Below, piece by piece: positions 42,935 through 53,168 of a DNA stretch of 64,000 nucleotides. Each line of letters opens with the position of its first letter. The stretch's first letter is position 1. The translations under genes and the position numbers were made by a program. The notes beneath the pieces are model-generated. The model was not told where the DNA came from. It saw only the letters and a list, made by a program, of their open reading frames with translations, and did no database searches. This stretch comes from an uncultured Planctomycetales bacterium (lineage in GTDB: Bacteria; Omnitrophota; Gorgyraeia; Gygaellales; Profunditerraquicolaceae), in the NCBI GenBank assembly GCA_964579435.1, contig CAZOGI010000003.1, forward strand, positions 47,321 to 111,320. Direction: 5' to 3'.

Positions 42935-45900
42935 TTATCCGAGTTCCACGTCAATGGCGTTGATCAGGCCCTGGCGCAGCTGGAGCGCATAGGGTGCCGG
43001 GATCGTATCCGCATCAATGACCACGGGTTTTGCGCCGGCTCCGGATAAGGTGATCGTGCGAACACGCACGCCGTTTTTCCCGAAGGTGTCTTTCATCTTC
43101 GGGTTGTGGTAGGTGATCCGGGTATTCTTTAGGAAATTGAACGAGTAATCCTTTTCTTTCGGCCTGAAAAGCCAGCGTGCCAGCGAAGGTTCCAGGACGA
43201 AGGAGAGCGCGCCGCGCTCGTCGATACGGAACGGCCGCTGTCCGATATTCATGAATAGCCAGATCTGGATGAACTCGGCGGTCGATCCGGAGAGCCGCGC
43301 CGCGTACCCGTTGCCGTGCAGTGACGGGTCGCTGAAGGCGCTGGAGACCAGGAAAGAAGAATTTTCCAGTACGTTACGCCCGTAACGCTCGGGAGGCTGA
43401 AAGCAGACGAGGCAATTCCTGAATTCCTCGTAAAAAGTTTCCGGGAGCCCCTGTTTGAGCAGCTCCAGAAGGTATTTGTACTCCATATGGAGCCAGATGG
43501 ATTCGTTTTCGAGCCAGCCCGGCGGGAAGGCCCGACAGCGGCCGATGTCCAGGGGCATGGGCTCCAGCGGCGCGGTTACTTTGTACATCTTGAGCGTGCG
43601 GTCAAAGAGCGGGCTTTTTCTCGTCGCCCGGTGGATCCTGAGGGCTTCGTCGCGGGAGCTGCAGGTGCGCAGCGCGTGAACCTGGGCTTCCAGGAAGAGC
43701 GGTAGGGGGATTGATTTGAATGCGAGCGCGCGCACGAACGGCGCTTTCGTTGTCTGGTAGCGTGTTACCTCGTTCATGAAGTACGAATGGTAGAGGCTGG
43801 TGCCTTTGCACCTGGCGCGTGCGATGCCGCGTTCGAGTTTCAGGAGCGCAGAAGAGATGATGTCCAGCAGCTCGTTTTTCGAGAGGAGCATGGTCTCTCC
43901 GCTGACCCCGAGGCGCGTCTTGTGCCGGTAATCCTCTTTCAGGGTGGCCGATGCGTCCCAGTACTGATAGAGGGACTCCGTCGAATCCGGGGCCGAGGAG
44001 CTCTGGCGCAGGAGCGGATCGAGGCCTTTCAGGAATTCCCCGACCTCACGGGTGAGGGGATGCGTATCGAAAGAGGAGTTCGCGAGCGCTTCCCTCAGGA
44101 AAACGGCGAGGCGTTTCAGCTCGAAGGTTTCGTTGAGAGAAGAACCGAAAAGGCCCGGGAGGCCGTTGAGCGCGTCGTACCAGTTCGGCTTTTCCGCTTC
44201 CATCTCGATGCCGATGCCGGAAGGATCGAGGCTGGCGATCTTGTTCGCGAGAAGGCAGCAGAGCTTGTCGAAGAGGCTCGTGCGGTAGATGTTCCCGTGG
44301 CCGTACTGCGTGCGCACTGCGTGAGGCAGCTCGGCGCGCTTACGGATCAGTTCCCGTTTGGTGCCGTCGCAGGCGAGGGAATGCAGCTGTTTGATCGTTC
44401 CCGTCGGCTCGTAAAAGAGGTATTTCTCGCGGCGCGGCTTGACGGTTTCGGTGTTGTCGAAATAAGTGAAGGTTCGATCTTCGAAGAGCAGATGGTGACG
44501 GTCTTCGGGAAAGATCCCCAGGTAGCTTTCGATGATGTCGAGGTTATACGTCCAGTGGTCGGTCCAGAACCCTTCCCCGTGCTCGGCGTCGCTGCAGTTG
44601 CCCGAGTGCTTCAGGATCACATCGAGGATGCGCTCACGGTCTTTTTGGCGCGCCGGCAGGTTTTCTTCGATAAAGTGGACGATCTCCCCGGGGGTAAAGG
44701 GGCGTTTCAGGAAAGCGATGAGGCGGCAAGATCCTTCCGTGCCCAGGAGGGTATCAAGGGCCTGCGCGGTTTTCGATTCATCGCGAAGGCTAAAGAGCGC
44801 GCCTTTGACGACCAGCGGGTTGTAGCCGTCGGTTTGCAGGAGGTTGATCAGCGTTTTGACGGTTGCGTCCTTGATCAGGGGGTTGAACCAGATGTCGCTG
44901 CGGCGGTTCTGGTTGACGTCGCGGTAATTGCCGTTGCCCTGCGAAAAATAAGTCGCCTGAATGCTGAATTTGTTGTAGTCACGCTCCAGGTCGCCGTGCT
45001 TGCGCGAGTAGAGGTAAAAGATATCGCCGGAGGAGAGGACCTGGGGATAGCCGCCGCGCAGGATATTGTCCAGGTAGGTCTGCTGCGCATAGCGGTCGAA
45101 TGCCGCGCTGCTTGAGCGGGTGAAGATATCCTTCTGCAGTCCGTCGATCAGGACGGTGTTGTCGTCTCTTTTCTGACGCAGGTAGCCTTTGGTGCGGATA
45201 CGGCGGACCGCCTTGTCCAGGGCTTCCTGGGTGCGCGCATAGCCGAACACGGCGCAGAAGGTTTTTCCCTCGCCGGGGGCGAGGCTATAGGTATGCAGGC
45301 TGAAGGCGCAGGGCGTCTTGCTGTCGGTGAGCTGGCGGGCCGGTACGCTGAAGGCCTGTTTCCGGGCGAAGCAGTGCGGATACCCGAAGTCGGTCCGCTC
45401 GCCGAAAATGAGCTGCGGGTCGACGATAACCTGCGCGACGCTGCCGGCTGCGGCATCTTCCGCAAACGGGAGATAAAAGTTGCCCTCTTTGATATGGATG
45501 ATCTCCGGCCGGTCCACGGGGTCGACATCGATCTTGTAGAAGGGGACGCGGCGTTTAAGGTTCTTGACGGTCATCCAGGCTTCGACCGTCCTGCCCAGTT
45601 TCTTGAGGAAGAGGTTACTGGTGCCGAAGGGCACGACCTGCGGCAGCCCGTCGAGCATCTGGATGCTGCGGGATGAGCGTTTGAGGTTGGTGACCTTCAC
45701 CATGCGCGCAAGGCCCGCAAACGGTTCATGGGGGATCGTGAAGTAGTCGACCGTGATGCGCAGGCCCAACCGCGGGTTCGTCTCCTCGACCTGCAGCTGC
45801 GCCGGCCGGATGACCATGCGGCTCGTGCATGCGCTGTCCGGCTCGTTGCGGAAAGGTTCGTAGATCTGCCGTTGGCCGCCGATGCGCAGGAACGTGCGGA

Positions 45901-46147
45901 AGCCCAGGCTCGAGGCGAATTGCCAGGCTTTGTTCGCCGGGAAGAATTCCATGAACGAGTGGTCTTTATCGCTGGTGCCGAAGCCGCAGATCCCCTGGCC
46001 GCGGTTCACGTAAAATACCCACATCGGAATGCCGAAGGTTCCGGCTATGCCGGGAAAGAAGTTCGCGAACGGCCGGGAGGAGAGGTAGTTATCGATAACG
46101 AAGGATCCGTCATTTTCAAGGGCGTAGCGCGGTGCGGTTTGCTTCAT
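42935..46147 (-). CDS. Large (~1070 aa) glycoside hydrolase/phosphorylase-like protein; resembles the cellobiose-phosphorylase (GH94) family, catalytic residues not checked
   Basis: Long single ORF; start at the internal Met with RBS GAGGAG (alternative upstream Met at 46210); no signal peptide; blocks such as NGNYRDVNQNRRSD and DHWTYNLDIIESYLG. Confidence 0.55.
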   Translation of the reverse strand: MKQTAPRYALENDGSFVIDNYLSSRPFANFFPGIAGTFGIPMWVFYVNRGQGICGFGTSDKDHSFMEFFPANKAWQFASSLGFRTFLRIGGQRQIYEPFRNEPDSACTSRMVIRPAQLQVEETNPRLGLRITVDYFTIPHEPFAGLARMVKVTNLKRSSRSIQMLDGLPQVVPFGTSNLFLKKLGRTVEAWMTVKNLKRRVPFYKIDVDPVDRPEIIHIKEGNFYLPFAEDAAAGSVAQVIVDPQLIFGERTDFGYPHCFARKQAFSVPARQLTDSKTPCAFSLHTYSLAPGEGKTFCAVFGYARTQEALDKAVRRIRTKGYLRQKRDDNTVLIDGLQKDIFTRSSSAAFDRYAQQTYLDNILRGGYPQVLSSGDIFYLYSRKHGDLERDYNKFSIQATYFSQGNGNYRDVNQNRRSDIWFNPLIKDATVKTLINLLQTDGYNPLVVKGALFSLRDESKTAQALDTLLGTEGSCRLIAFLKRPFTPGEIVHFIEENLPARQKDRERILDVILKHSGNCSDAEHGEGFWTDHWTYNLDIIESYLGIFPEDRHHLLFEDRTFTYFDNTETVKPRREKYLFYEPTGTIKQLHSLACDGTKRELIRKRAELPHAVRTQYGHGNIYRTSLFDKLCCLLANKIASLDPSGIGIEMEAEKPNWYDALNGLPGLFGSSLNETFELKRLAVFLREALANSSFDTHPLTREVGEFLKGLDPLLRQSSSAPDSTESLYQYWDASATLKEDYRHKTRLGVSGETMLLSKNELLDIISSALLKLERGIARARCKGTSLYHSYFMNEVTRYQTTKAPFVRALAFKSIPLPLFLEAQVHALRTCSSRDEALRIHRATRKSPLFDRTLKMYKVTAPLEPMPLDIGRCRAFPPGWLENESIWLHMEYKYLLELLKQGLPETFYEEFRNCLVCFQPPERYGRNVLENSSFLVSSAFSDPSLHGNGYAARLSGSTAEFIQIWLFMNIGQRPFRIDERGALSFVLEPSLARWLFRPKEKDYSFNFLKNTRITYHNPKMKDTFGKNGVRVRTITLSGAGAKPVVIDADTIPAPYALQLRQGLINAIDVELG

Positions 46148-46383
46148 GGAAACTCCTCGCGTAAAGGCATTTTGTCCGTTGCCGGGGAATACGCCCGGCG
46201 GCGTGGTCACTATTGTAGCGTTTCTGGTGGATTTGTAAATAGCTTTCTCATGCGGCGAGACGCCTCGCCGAGCGCTTCAGATTTTGCTTGCGGTCCGCTC
46301 ATTTCTTGGGTACTATGGATGGAAGATTTCTCCCGTCCCGAAGTTGCAGCGGCAGCCGTTTTAGCGCCGCAACCCTGTTCAGG

Positions 46384-46764
46384 ATGCCGATACGGATATT
46401 GATAGTTGACGATGAACCGGATGTCGCCGAATTCCAAAGGGCCTTCCTGCAACGGCGTCATTTCACGGTATTTACCGCCCTTAAAACCGAACCGGCGATG
46501 AGCCTTATCGAAACAGAGCGGCCGGACATCGTTTTTTGCGATGTGCGGGTAGATACGGATACGTCGGGGCTGGATATCCTGCAGCGTGCCAAGCAGATCA
46601 AACCCGATATCGTTGTCTATCTCATAACCGGGCTTCTCGACGCGGATCTGGAAAAGCGCGGGATCGAGCTGGGGGCACGGGAAGTCCTCTCCAAGCCGAT
46701 CGCGATCAGCGATATCCTCAAAAAGATCGAAGAGGCGGGCGTGCCCGAGGGGAGGCAGGGATGA
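46384..46764 (+). CDS. Standalone CheY-like receiver domain protein
   Basis: MPIRILIVDDEPDVAEF...DIVFCDVRV (phospho-acceptor Asp)...T..K; divergent from the large minus-strand gene. Confidence 0.75.
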   Translation: MPIRILIVDDEPDVAEFQRAFLQRRHFTVFTALKTEPAMSLIETERPDIVFCDVRVDTDTSGLDILQRAKQIKPDIVVYLITGLLDADLEKRGIELGAREVLSKPIAISDILKKIEEAGVPEGRQG

Positions 46765-47048
46765 GTTTTTCAAAAGAGACCCTGAACCAGGTCGCCCGTC
46801 TTTCCCGCCTGTCTCTTTCGGCGGCAGAGATGGAGCGGCTCTCCGTCCAGCTGCAGGATATCATTACATTCATCGATTCCCTCGCGAGCGCCGATGTGTC
46901 CGGAGTCGAACCGGCTGACCGGGTCCTGAGCGCGCGATCCGTTCTGCGCGCCGATGAGCCGGGTGTCTGTCTTTCCCCCGATGCTGCCCTCCAGAACGCA
47001 CCGGACCGGCAGGGTGCTTTTTTCGGAGTCCCCAAGGTTATTGAATAA
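46761..47048 (+). CDS. gatC: Asp/Glu-tRNA amidotransferase subunit C
   Basis: 95 aa, MSFSKETLNQVARLSRLSLSAAEMERL, then gatA and gatB. Confidence 0.8.
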   Translation: MSFSKETLNQVARLSRLSLSAAEMERLSVQLQDIITFIDSLASADVSGVEPADRVLSARSVLRADEPGVCLSPDAALQNAPDRQGAFFGVPKVIE

Positions 47049-47069
47049 CACCGATACGGACAGGTTTCC

Positions 47070-48509
47070 ATGGATATCACCCAGGCAACGGCTCATGAGC
47101 TCCTGAAGGAGCTTCGCCAAGGCTCAGTTTCGTGCGATGCGGTATACAAGGCGTTTTCCGAGCGCGCGCAGAAGGCGGATCCGCGTATCAATGCCTTTGT
47201 GCGCCGCAGCGGGCCTCTGGAGACGGCGTCTCCCGGGACAGGCCAGGGGAGTGGGCCGTTGCGGGGTTTGCCCATCGCCCTCAAAGACAACATTTGCACC
47301 CGGGGAGTGCGGACCGAATGCTGCTCGCGGATATTGAAAGGTTTTGTTCCTCCGTACGACGCCACGGTCGTGGAGCGACTCAAAGATGCCGGCGCCACGC
47401 TCGTCTCCACCAAGTTGAACATGGACGAGTTCGCGTTCGGTTCATCGACGGAGCATTCCCTTTTCGGCCCGACGCGCAACCCCTGGGATACGTCCCGCGT
47501 GCCCGGCGGTTCATCCGGCGGCTGCGCGGCTGCGGTCTCGGCGGGTGAAGCGCTTTGGGCGCTGGGTTCCGACACCGGAGGTTCGATCAGGCAGCCGGCT
47601 GCGTTCTGCGGGATCGTGGGGATGAAACCGACCTATGGCCGGGTTTCGCGTTACGGTCTCATCGCCTTTGCTTCAAGTCTCGACCAGATCGGTCCCCTGA
47701 CCAGGGATGTCGAGGATTGCGCGCTCCTCTTGTCGGTCATCTCCGGCTTTGACCCCAAAGACTCGACCTGCGCCGATGTCGCCGTGCCGGATTATTGCTC
47801 GGCACTGGGCAGGAACCTCAAGGGTCTGCGCGTCGGCATCCCGGCCGAATATTTCGTCTCTGGAATAGATGCGCAGGTAAAGCGCCTGGTTGAGGAGGCG
47901 ATCCGTCAGATCGAAAAACTCGGGGCGGAGATCGTCTCCGTGAGCCTGCCCCATACCCGGTATGCGGTGCCGGTCTATTACATCATCGCCACGGCGGAGG
48001 CCAGCTCGAATCTGGCGCGCTACGACGGCGTGCAGTACGGTGCCCGCAGCGCCGGGCCTTCGATCATCGATATGTACACGCGTACCCGCGCCGAAGGGTT
48101 CGGGGAGGAGGCGAAGCGCCGGATCCTCCTGGGTACCTTCGCACTCTCGCACGGCTATTACGACGCCTATTATTTGCGGGCGCTGAAAGTCCGCTCCCTG
48201 ATCCAGAGGGATTTCGAGCGGGCATTCGGCGCGTGTGATTGCCTGGTCACGCCCACCGCGCCGACCGCCGCTTTCGGCATCGGCGAAAAGGCGCAGGAAC
48301 CGCTGCAGATGTACCTGTCGGATATCTTCACGATATCAGGCAATCTTGCCGGCATTCCGGCGCTCTCGGTGCCGTGCGGGTTCACTGCAGAGCGGCTTCC
48401 GGTCGGGTTGCAGGTGATGGGCAAGGCGTTCGACGAAGAAACCCTGCTGCGCGTGGCGCACGCGTACGAGCAGAGCACTCCATGGCACAAGGAGCGGCCG
48501 CCGTGTTAA
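47070..48509 (+). CDS. gatA: Glutamyl-tRNA(Gln) amidotransferase subunit A
   Basis: Amidase signature GGSSGGCAAAVSAG...GSDTGGSIRQPAAFCGIVGMKPTYG. Confidence 0.95.
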   Translation: MDITQATAHELLKELRQGSVSCDAVYKAFSERAQKADPRINAFVRRSGPLETASPGTGQGSGPLRGLPIALKDNICTRGVRTECCSRILKGFVPPYDATVVERLKDAGATLVSTKLNMDEFAFGSSTEHSLFGPTRNPWDTSRVPGGSSGGCAAAVSAGEALWALGSDTGGSIRQPAAFCGIVGMKPTYGRVSRYGLIAFASSLDQIGPLTRDVEDCALLLSVISGFDPKDSTCADVAVPDYCSALGRNLKGLRVGIPAEYFVSGIDAQVKRLVEEAIRQIEKLGAEIVSVSLPHTRYAVPVYYIIATAEASSNLARYDGVQYGARSAGPSIIDMYTRTRAEGFGEEAKRRILLGTFALSHGYYDAYYLRALKVRSLIQRDFERAFGACDCLVTPTAPTAAFGIGEKAQEPLQMYLSDIFTISGNLAGIPALSVPCGFTAERLPVGLQVMGKAFDEETLLRVAHAYEQSTPWHKERPPC

Positions 48510-49954
48510 ACCCCGGTGTCTACGAGACGGTTATCGGTCTTGAGGTGCATGTACATCTCAAAACCAGGACGAAGGCTTTCTGCGGCTGTTCGACCGGGTT
48601 CGGCGCTGAGCCCAATACGCAGGTCTGCCCGGTGTGTCTGGGTTTTCCCGGCGTGTTGCCGGTGCTCAACCGGGAGGCCCTTGCCTTTGCGGCAAAGGTC
48701 GGGTTGGCGCTGCACTGCACGGTCCAGGAGTATACCCGTTTCGACCGCAAGCATTACTATTACCCCGATCTGCCGAAAAATTACCAGATCTCCCAGTTCG
48801 ATCATCCGGTCTCCAAAGACGGCTATCTCGATATCCCGTCCGACGCGGGGACTAAGCGGATCCGTATCAAACGGGCTCACCTGGAGGAGGACGCGGGTAA
48901 GCTGCTGCACCGCGCTGATCAGAGCCTCGTCGATCTCAACCGCGCCGGGATCGCGCTTTTGGAGATCGTGACCGAACCGGATCTGCGTTCTCCCGAGGAG
49001 GCGTACGAGTATCTGACGGGGCTCAAGGCGATCATTGAATATCTTGACGTGTCGGATTGCGATATGGAAAAAGGGTCGCTGCGCTGCGATGCCAATATTT
49101 CGGTGCGGCCCCGGGGGGCGCAGGAGCTGGGGACCAAGACCGAGTTGAAGAACATGAATTCCTTTCGCGGGGTGCGCGATGCCCTCGCCTACGAATCGGC
49201 GCGGCAGATCGAGCTGCTGGAGTCGGGCGGCGTCGTGGTCCAGGAGACGCGCCTTTGGGACGTCGCCGCCGGGCGCACGGCCGCGATGCGTACGAAAGAA
49301 GAGGCAAAGGATTACCGCTATTTTCCCGAGCCTGACCTGCCTCCGTTTCGCCTGAGCGCAGATTTCGTCGAACGCGTGCGCGCGGGGCTGCCTGAGTTGC
49401 CGGAACACAAACGCCTCCGGTTTATGGCCGAGTTCGGCATCCCTCACAAGGAGGCGTCGATCCTCGTTGCCTCCCGGCGCAGCGCCGAATTCGCCGAGTG
49501 CTGTATCCGGGAGTACGCGGCCGCAGATAAAAAGCCGCTGGTCAATTGGCTCCTGGGCCCGGTTCTCGCCGAGGCCAACCAGCGGGGGGTTGATATCGCG
49601 GGCCTGGAGCTTTCTGCGGGGCGGCTCCTTGAGTTGGTCGGTTGCGTCGAGTCCGGGCAGATTTCCCATCTTACCGCCAAGGGTGTCCTCTCCGAAATGC
49701 TGCAAACCGGCCGCGGGGCAGGGGAGATCGTGCGGGAGAAGGATCTTTCCCAGGTGTCGGATGCCGCCGCCCTGCAGGAGAGCGTCGAAGCGGTTATCCG
49801 CGAGCAAGGCAAGAGCGTGCTGGATTACCGCAGCGGCAAGTCCAATGCGCTCATGTTCCTGGTCGGCCAGGTCATGCGCAAATCCTCAGGCAAGGCTAAC
49901 CCTAAGCTTGTCCAGGAGATTTTACGAAAGAGGCTTGATGCAACGGCCTCGTGA
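48482..49954 (+). CDS. gatB: Asp/Glu-tRNA amidotransferase subunit B
   Basis: YETVIGLEVHVHLKT...CGCS N-terminus and GatB/YqeY C-terminal domain; start ATG 48482 or GTG 48503 overlapping the gatA end. Confidence 0.9.
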   Translation: MAQGAAAVLNPGVYETVIGLEVHVHLKTRTKAFCGCSTGFGAEPNTQVCPVCLGFPGVLPVLNREALAFAAKVGLALHCTVQEYTRFDRKHYYYPDLPKNYQISQFDHPVSKDGYLDIPSDAGTKRIRIKRAHLEEDAGKLLHRADQSLVDLNRAGIALLEIVTEPDLRSPEEAYEYLTGLKAIIEYLDVSDCDMEKGSLRCDANISVRPRGAQELGTKTELKNMNSFRGVRDALAYESARQIELLESGGVVVQETRLWDVAAGRTAAMRTKEEAKDYRYFPEPDLPPFRLSADFVERVRAGLPELPEHKRLRFMAEFGIPHKEASILVASRRSAEFAECCIREYAAADKKPLVNWLLGPVLAEANQRGVDIAGLELSAGRLLELVGCVESGQISHLTAKGVLSEMLQTGRGAGEIVREKDLSQVSDAAALQESVEAVIREQGKSVLDYRSGKSNALMFLVGQVMRKSSGKANPKLVQEILRKRLDATAS

Positions 49955-49978
49955 GAAACGGTTTTCCTAAAGAGGAGG

Positions 49979-51286
49979 ATGGCAATGGCTGGATCGAAGG
50001 TGCGCAGGATCATCACGCGTTTGAGCGTGGCGGCGGTCGCTGCCGGAACGCTCGGCGCGGCGACCGTTCTCTGGGCCGCCGATAAGAAAAAAGAAGATCT
50101 CTTCCGGCAGGTCGAGCTATTTTCCGTCGCGCTCTCGACGATCCAGGCCGAATACGTCGAAGATGTCTCGCCGAAGGATCTTATTTACGGGGCGCTCAAG
50201 GGTATGGTCTCCTCTCTGGATCCCCACAGCCAGTTCCTCGACCCCGATACCTATAATGAGTTGAAGGTCGACACCGAAGGCAAGTTCGGGGGGGTCGGTA
50301 TCGAGATCACCGTCAAAGACGGTTTGCTGACGGTCGTGACCCCGATCGAGGATACCCCCGCGTGGAATGCGGGGGTAAAGGCGGGCGACCGTATCGTCAA
50401 GATCAACAATGAGCTGACCCGGGATGTAACCCTCACCGACGCGGTCAAGAAACTCCGGGGGACCCCCGGGGAACCGGTCGTGATCACGGTCCTTCGTGAA
50501 GGGGAGAAGAAACTGATTGATATCAAGCTGGTCCGGGACGTGATCAAGATCAAAGATATCAAAGAGGCGCGCATCCTTGAGGATGGGATCGCCTATGTCC
50601 GGCTTGTCGAGTTCCGCGAGGGTACCGCCGCTGACCTGCGCAAGACCCTGGAGCGTCTCTCCCAGGAGGGGATGAAGTCCCTGGTTTTGGATCTGCGCAA
50701 CAACCCCGGCGGGCTCCTGGATTCGGCGGTCGGGGTTGCCGAGCTTTTTGTCGAGCGCGGCAAACAGATCGTTTCCATCCAGGGGAAGCGTAAAGACCAG
50801 AATCAGGCGTTCGCGGCGCGCGCGAAAAAGACGTACGAGGCGCTTGCGATGGTGGTGCTCGTGAACGAGGGGTCGGCTTCGGGCAGCGAGATCGTCGCCG
50901 GGTGTCTGCAGGATTACCGTCGCGCGATCGTCGTCGGAACCAAGTCGTTCGGAAAGGGATCGGTCCAGACCGTCATTCCCCTCGGGGACGGCTCGGCGTT
51001 GCGTCTGACCACCAGCAAGTATTTTACCCCCTCGGGAAAGGTTATCCACAATAAAGGCGTCATGCCGGATATCATCGCCGAAGAAGGGCGTATCCAGATG
51101 GCAGAGAAAGAGGAGGAGACCGATCCTTCAGCCGAGACGGTTTTCGAAACGATAGATGCTCAGAACGCCAAGCCGAAAGAGCAGGCTGCGCACGACCAGT
51201 TCGACTACCGTTCGGACAACCAGTTGATGCGCGCCATAGACGTGCTGAAGGCGCTTTCTTTTTTTAAGGGCAACGGCGTTTCATAA
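49979..51286 (+). CDS. C-terminal processing peptidase (S41 family, PDZ-containing)
   Basis: Signal/anchor, PDZ domain GIEITVKDGLLTVVTPIEDTPAWNAGVKAGDRIVKIN, S41 catalytic region LVNEGSASGSEIVAG...GTKSFGKGSVQ. Confidence 0.85.
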   Translation: MAMAGSKVRRIITRLSVAAVAAGTLGAATVLWAADKKKEDLFRQVELFSVALSTIQAEYVEDVSPKDLIYGALKGMVSSLDPHSQFLDPDTYNELKVDTEGKFGGVGIEITVKDGLLTVVTPIEDTPAWNAGVKAGDRIVKINNELTRDVTLTDAVKKLRGTPGEPVVITVLREGEKKLIDIKLVRDVIKIKDIKEARILEDGIAYVRLVEFREGTAADLRKTLERLSQEGMKSLVLDLRNNPGGLLDSAVGVAELFVERGKQIVSIQGKRKDQNQAFAARAKKTYEALAMVVLVNEGSASGSEIVAGCLQDYRRAIVVGTKSFGKGSVQTVIPLGDGSALRLTTSKYFTPSGKVIHNKGVMPDIIAEEGRIQMAEKEEETDPSAETVFETIDAQNAKPKEQAAHDQFDYRSDNQLMRAIDVLKALSFFKGNGVS

Positions 51287-51312
51287 CCGTTTGTCCCGTC
51301 AGGCAGGGGAAC

Positions 51313-52131
51313 GTGCGGCGCGACCCGGTTCGACCATATAGAGTCACGGTTATCGTCCTGGCAGGGATCGTGGTCCTGGAGACGTTCGTGTTGCTGGCGA
51401 CGCTGGGCCGCGGCCGTGTAGCCGCTCCCGTGCGTGCGCGACCCGGCGAGCCAGGGGAACCCCTGCGCGGCACGATCGCGCTGGTGTTGGATGATTGGGG
51501 ATACGACAAAGATTCGGTCCTGCAGCTTCGTTCCTGGGCGGGGGCGGTGACGCTGGCGGTTTTGCCGGACCAGCCGTATGCCGCGCAGGTCGCCACCCAG
51601 GCCCACCGGTTTGGCTGCGAGGTGATCGTGCATCTGCCCTGCGAGCCTCACGAAGCACATGCCCTGGAGCCCAACACCGTCAAGGTGTCCATGAAACAGA
51701 GGCAGGTGGAACGGATCCTGAGGGAGGCGCTGCAGCGGGTCCCGTTCGCCGTCGGGATATCCAATCACATGGGTTCGCGGGTAACCGAGAACAGGAAGAC
51801 GATGGGATGGATTTTCGCTTTTCTGAAAGAACGGCGGCTCTTCTTCCTGGACAGTTTCGTCACCCACGCCAGCGTCTGCGAAAGGATCGCGCAGGAACAA
51901 GGCGTGGTTTTTGCCCGCCGCGACATCTTTTTGGATAACAACGAGGACCCTTGCGCGATCAGGGCACAGCTGGAGAAGCTCAAACGAAAAGCCGAAGCCA
52001 AGGGTTTTGCCGTCGGCATCGGCCATAACCGTCCCGCGACCCTGGCGGTGCTGGAGCGGGAAGTGCCTCGCCTGCGCCGGGAGGGTTTTCGTTTCGTGCG
52101 TCTGAGCGAAGGATTGAAGATCGTCCCGTAA
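51313..52131 (+). CDS. Divergent polysaccharide deacetylase family protein (YibQ-like)
   Basis: N-terminal TM, IALVLDDWGYD, HLPCEP, ISNHMGSR blocks typical of the divergent PDA/YibQ family. Confidence 0.7.
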   Translation: MRRDPVRPYRVTVIVLAGIVVLETFVLLATLGRGRVAAPVRARPGEPGEPLRGTIALVLDDWGYDKDSVLQLRSWAGAVTLAVLPDQPYAAQVATQAHRFGCEVIVHLPCEPHEAHALEPNTVKVSMKQRQVERILREALQRVPFAVGISNHMGSRVTENRKTMGWIFAFLKERRLFFLDSFVTHASVCERIAQEQGVVFARRDIFLDNNEDPCAIRAQLEKLKRKAEAKGFAVGIGHNRPATLAVLEREVPRLRREGFRFVRLSEGLKIVP

Positions 52132-52149
52132 GAACGGAGAGCCTGGTCT

Positions 52150-53154
52150 ATGTTGACCTTGGGGATAGAGACGTCTTGCGACGAAACAGCCGCGGCTGTC
52201 GTTGCCAACGGCACGAGGGTCTGTTCGAGTGTCGTTTCCTCGAGCGTCTCTTTTCATGCCAAATACGGGGGCATCGTCCCCGAGATCGCCTTCCGCAGAC
52301 AGGCGGAGACGATCGTTGCGGTCTGCGCAGAGGCGTTGGCCCAGGTCAGGCAATGCCCGGGCCGGCTCGAAGCGGTCTGCGTGACGAGCCATCCGGGCCT
52401 GGCAGGCTCGCTCCTGGTCGGCGGTCTCTTCGCGGAGGCGTTCGCTTTCGCGCGGAAATTGCCGCTGATTGCAGTCGATCACCTGCGCGGGCATATCTAC
52501 GCGCCGTTTTTAAGCGAAAAGGTCCCCTTGCCGGCTGTGGCGTTGGTCGTCTCGGGCGGCCACACGAGTCTCTACCGGGTGCGTACGCTGCTGCAGATCG
52601 AGCCGCTCGGACATACCCGGGACGACGCCTGCGGCGAGGCATTCGACAAGGTCGCCAAGCTCTTGGGTTTGGGGTATCCCGGCGGGCCGGCGATCGAACG
52701 CCAGGCACGCCGAGGTGATCCGGAGGCGTTTCGGTTTTCCTGCTCCGGGACGAGCACGCCGTTCGATTTCAGCTTCAGCGGCATCAAGACCGCGGTTTTG
52801 CATACGGTCCTGCGCCGTCTCGGTCTTGCGGTGCAGGCAGGGTTGCCCGGGCCGAATGACCTGCGGCGGTTGCCCCGGCGGACCGTGAGCGATATCTGCG
52901 CTTCGTTCCAGCATGCGCTGGTGGGCGTGCTTATGCAGAAGGCGTTCGGTGCCTGCGCGGCAAAGCGGACCCCCCGTTTGCTCGTATCCGGGGGAGTGGC
53001 GGTTAACGGGTACCTTCGCCGTTCTTTTCTGCAGGAGGCAAAGAAACAAGGCATCCGGGTTTTTTTCCCCGAACCGCGCTATTGCACCGATAATGCGGCG
53101 ATGATTGCCGGCTACGGTTTTCATCTGGCGCGCACGAAACGCGACCGCCCCTAA
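52150..53154 (+). CDS. tsaD: tRNA N6-adenosine threonylcarbamoyltransferase TsaD
   Basis: MLTLGIETSCDETAAAV...HLRGH metal-binding motif; Kae1/TsaD family. Confidence 0.9.
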   Translation: MLTLGIETSCDETAAAVVANGTRVCSSVVSSSVSFHAKYGGIVPEIAFRRQAETIVAVCAEALAQVRQCPGRLEAVCVTSHPGLAGSLLVGGLFAEAFAFARKLPLIAVDHLRGHIYAPFLSEKVPLPAVALVVSGGHTSLYRVRTLLQIEPLGHTRDDACGEAFDKVAKLLGLGYPGGPAIERQARRGDPEAFRFSCSGTSTPFDFSFSGIKTAVLHTVLRRLGLAVQAGLPGPNDLRRLPRRTVSDICASFQHALVGVLMQKAFGACAAKRTPRLLVSGGVAVNGYLRRSFLQEAKKQGIRVFFPEPRYCTDNAAMIAGYGFHLARTKRDRP

Positions 53155-53168
53155 CAAAAGGAGGGAGT

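Noticed and set aside
43787-45115. 442-aa plus-strand ORF inside the large minus-strand glycoside-hydrolase-like gene
   Set aside because: It is a shadow of the 1070-aa minus-strand ORF, which runs without interruption and has a good RBS. The plus-strand translation is a Glu/Arg/Val-rich reverse-frame artefact.
48506-52494. Minus-strand ORFs 48506..49807, 50117..51049, 51205..52494 and 52510..53157
   Set aside because: They are antisense to the gatB, ctpA, yibQ-like and tsaD genes with clear family motifs. They are GC-driven.
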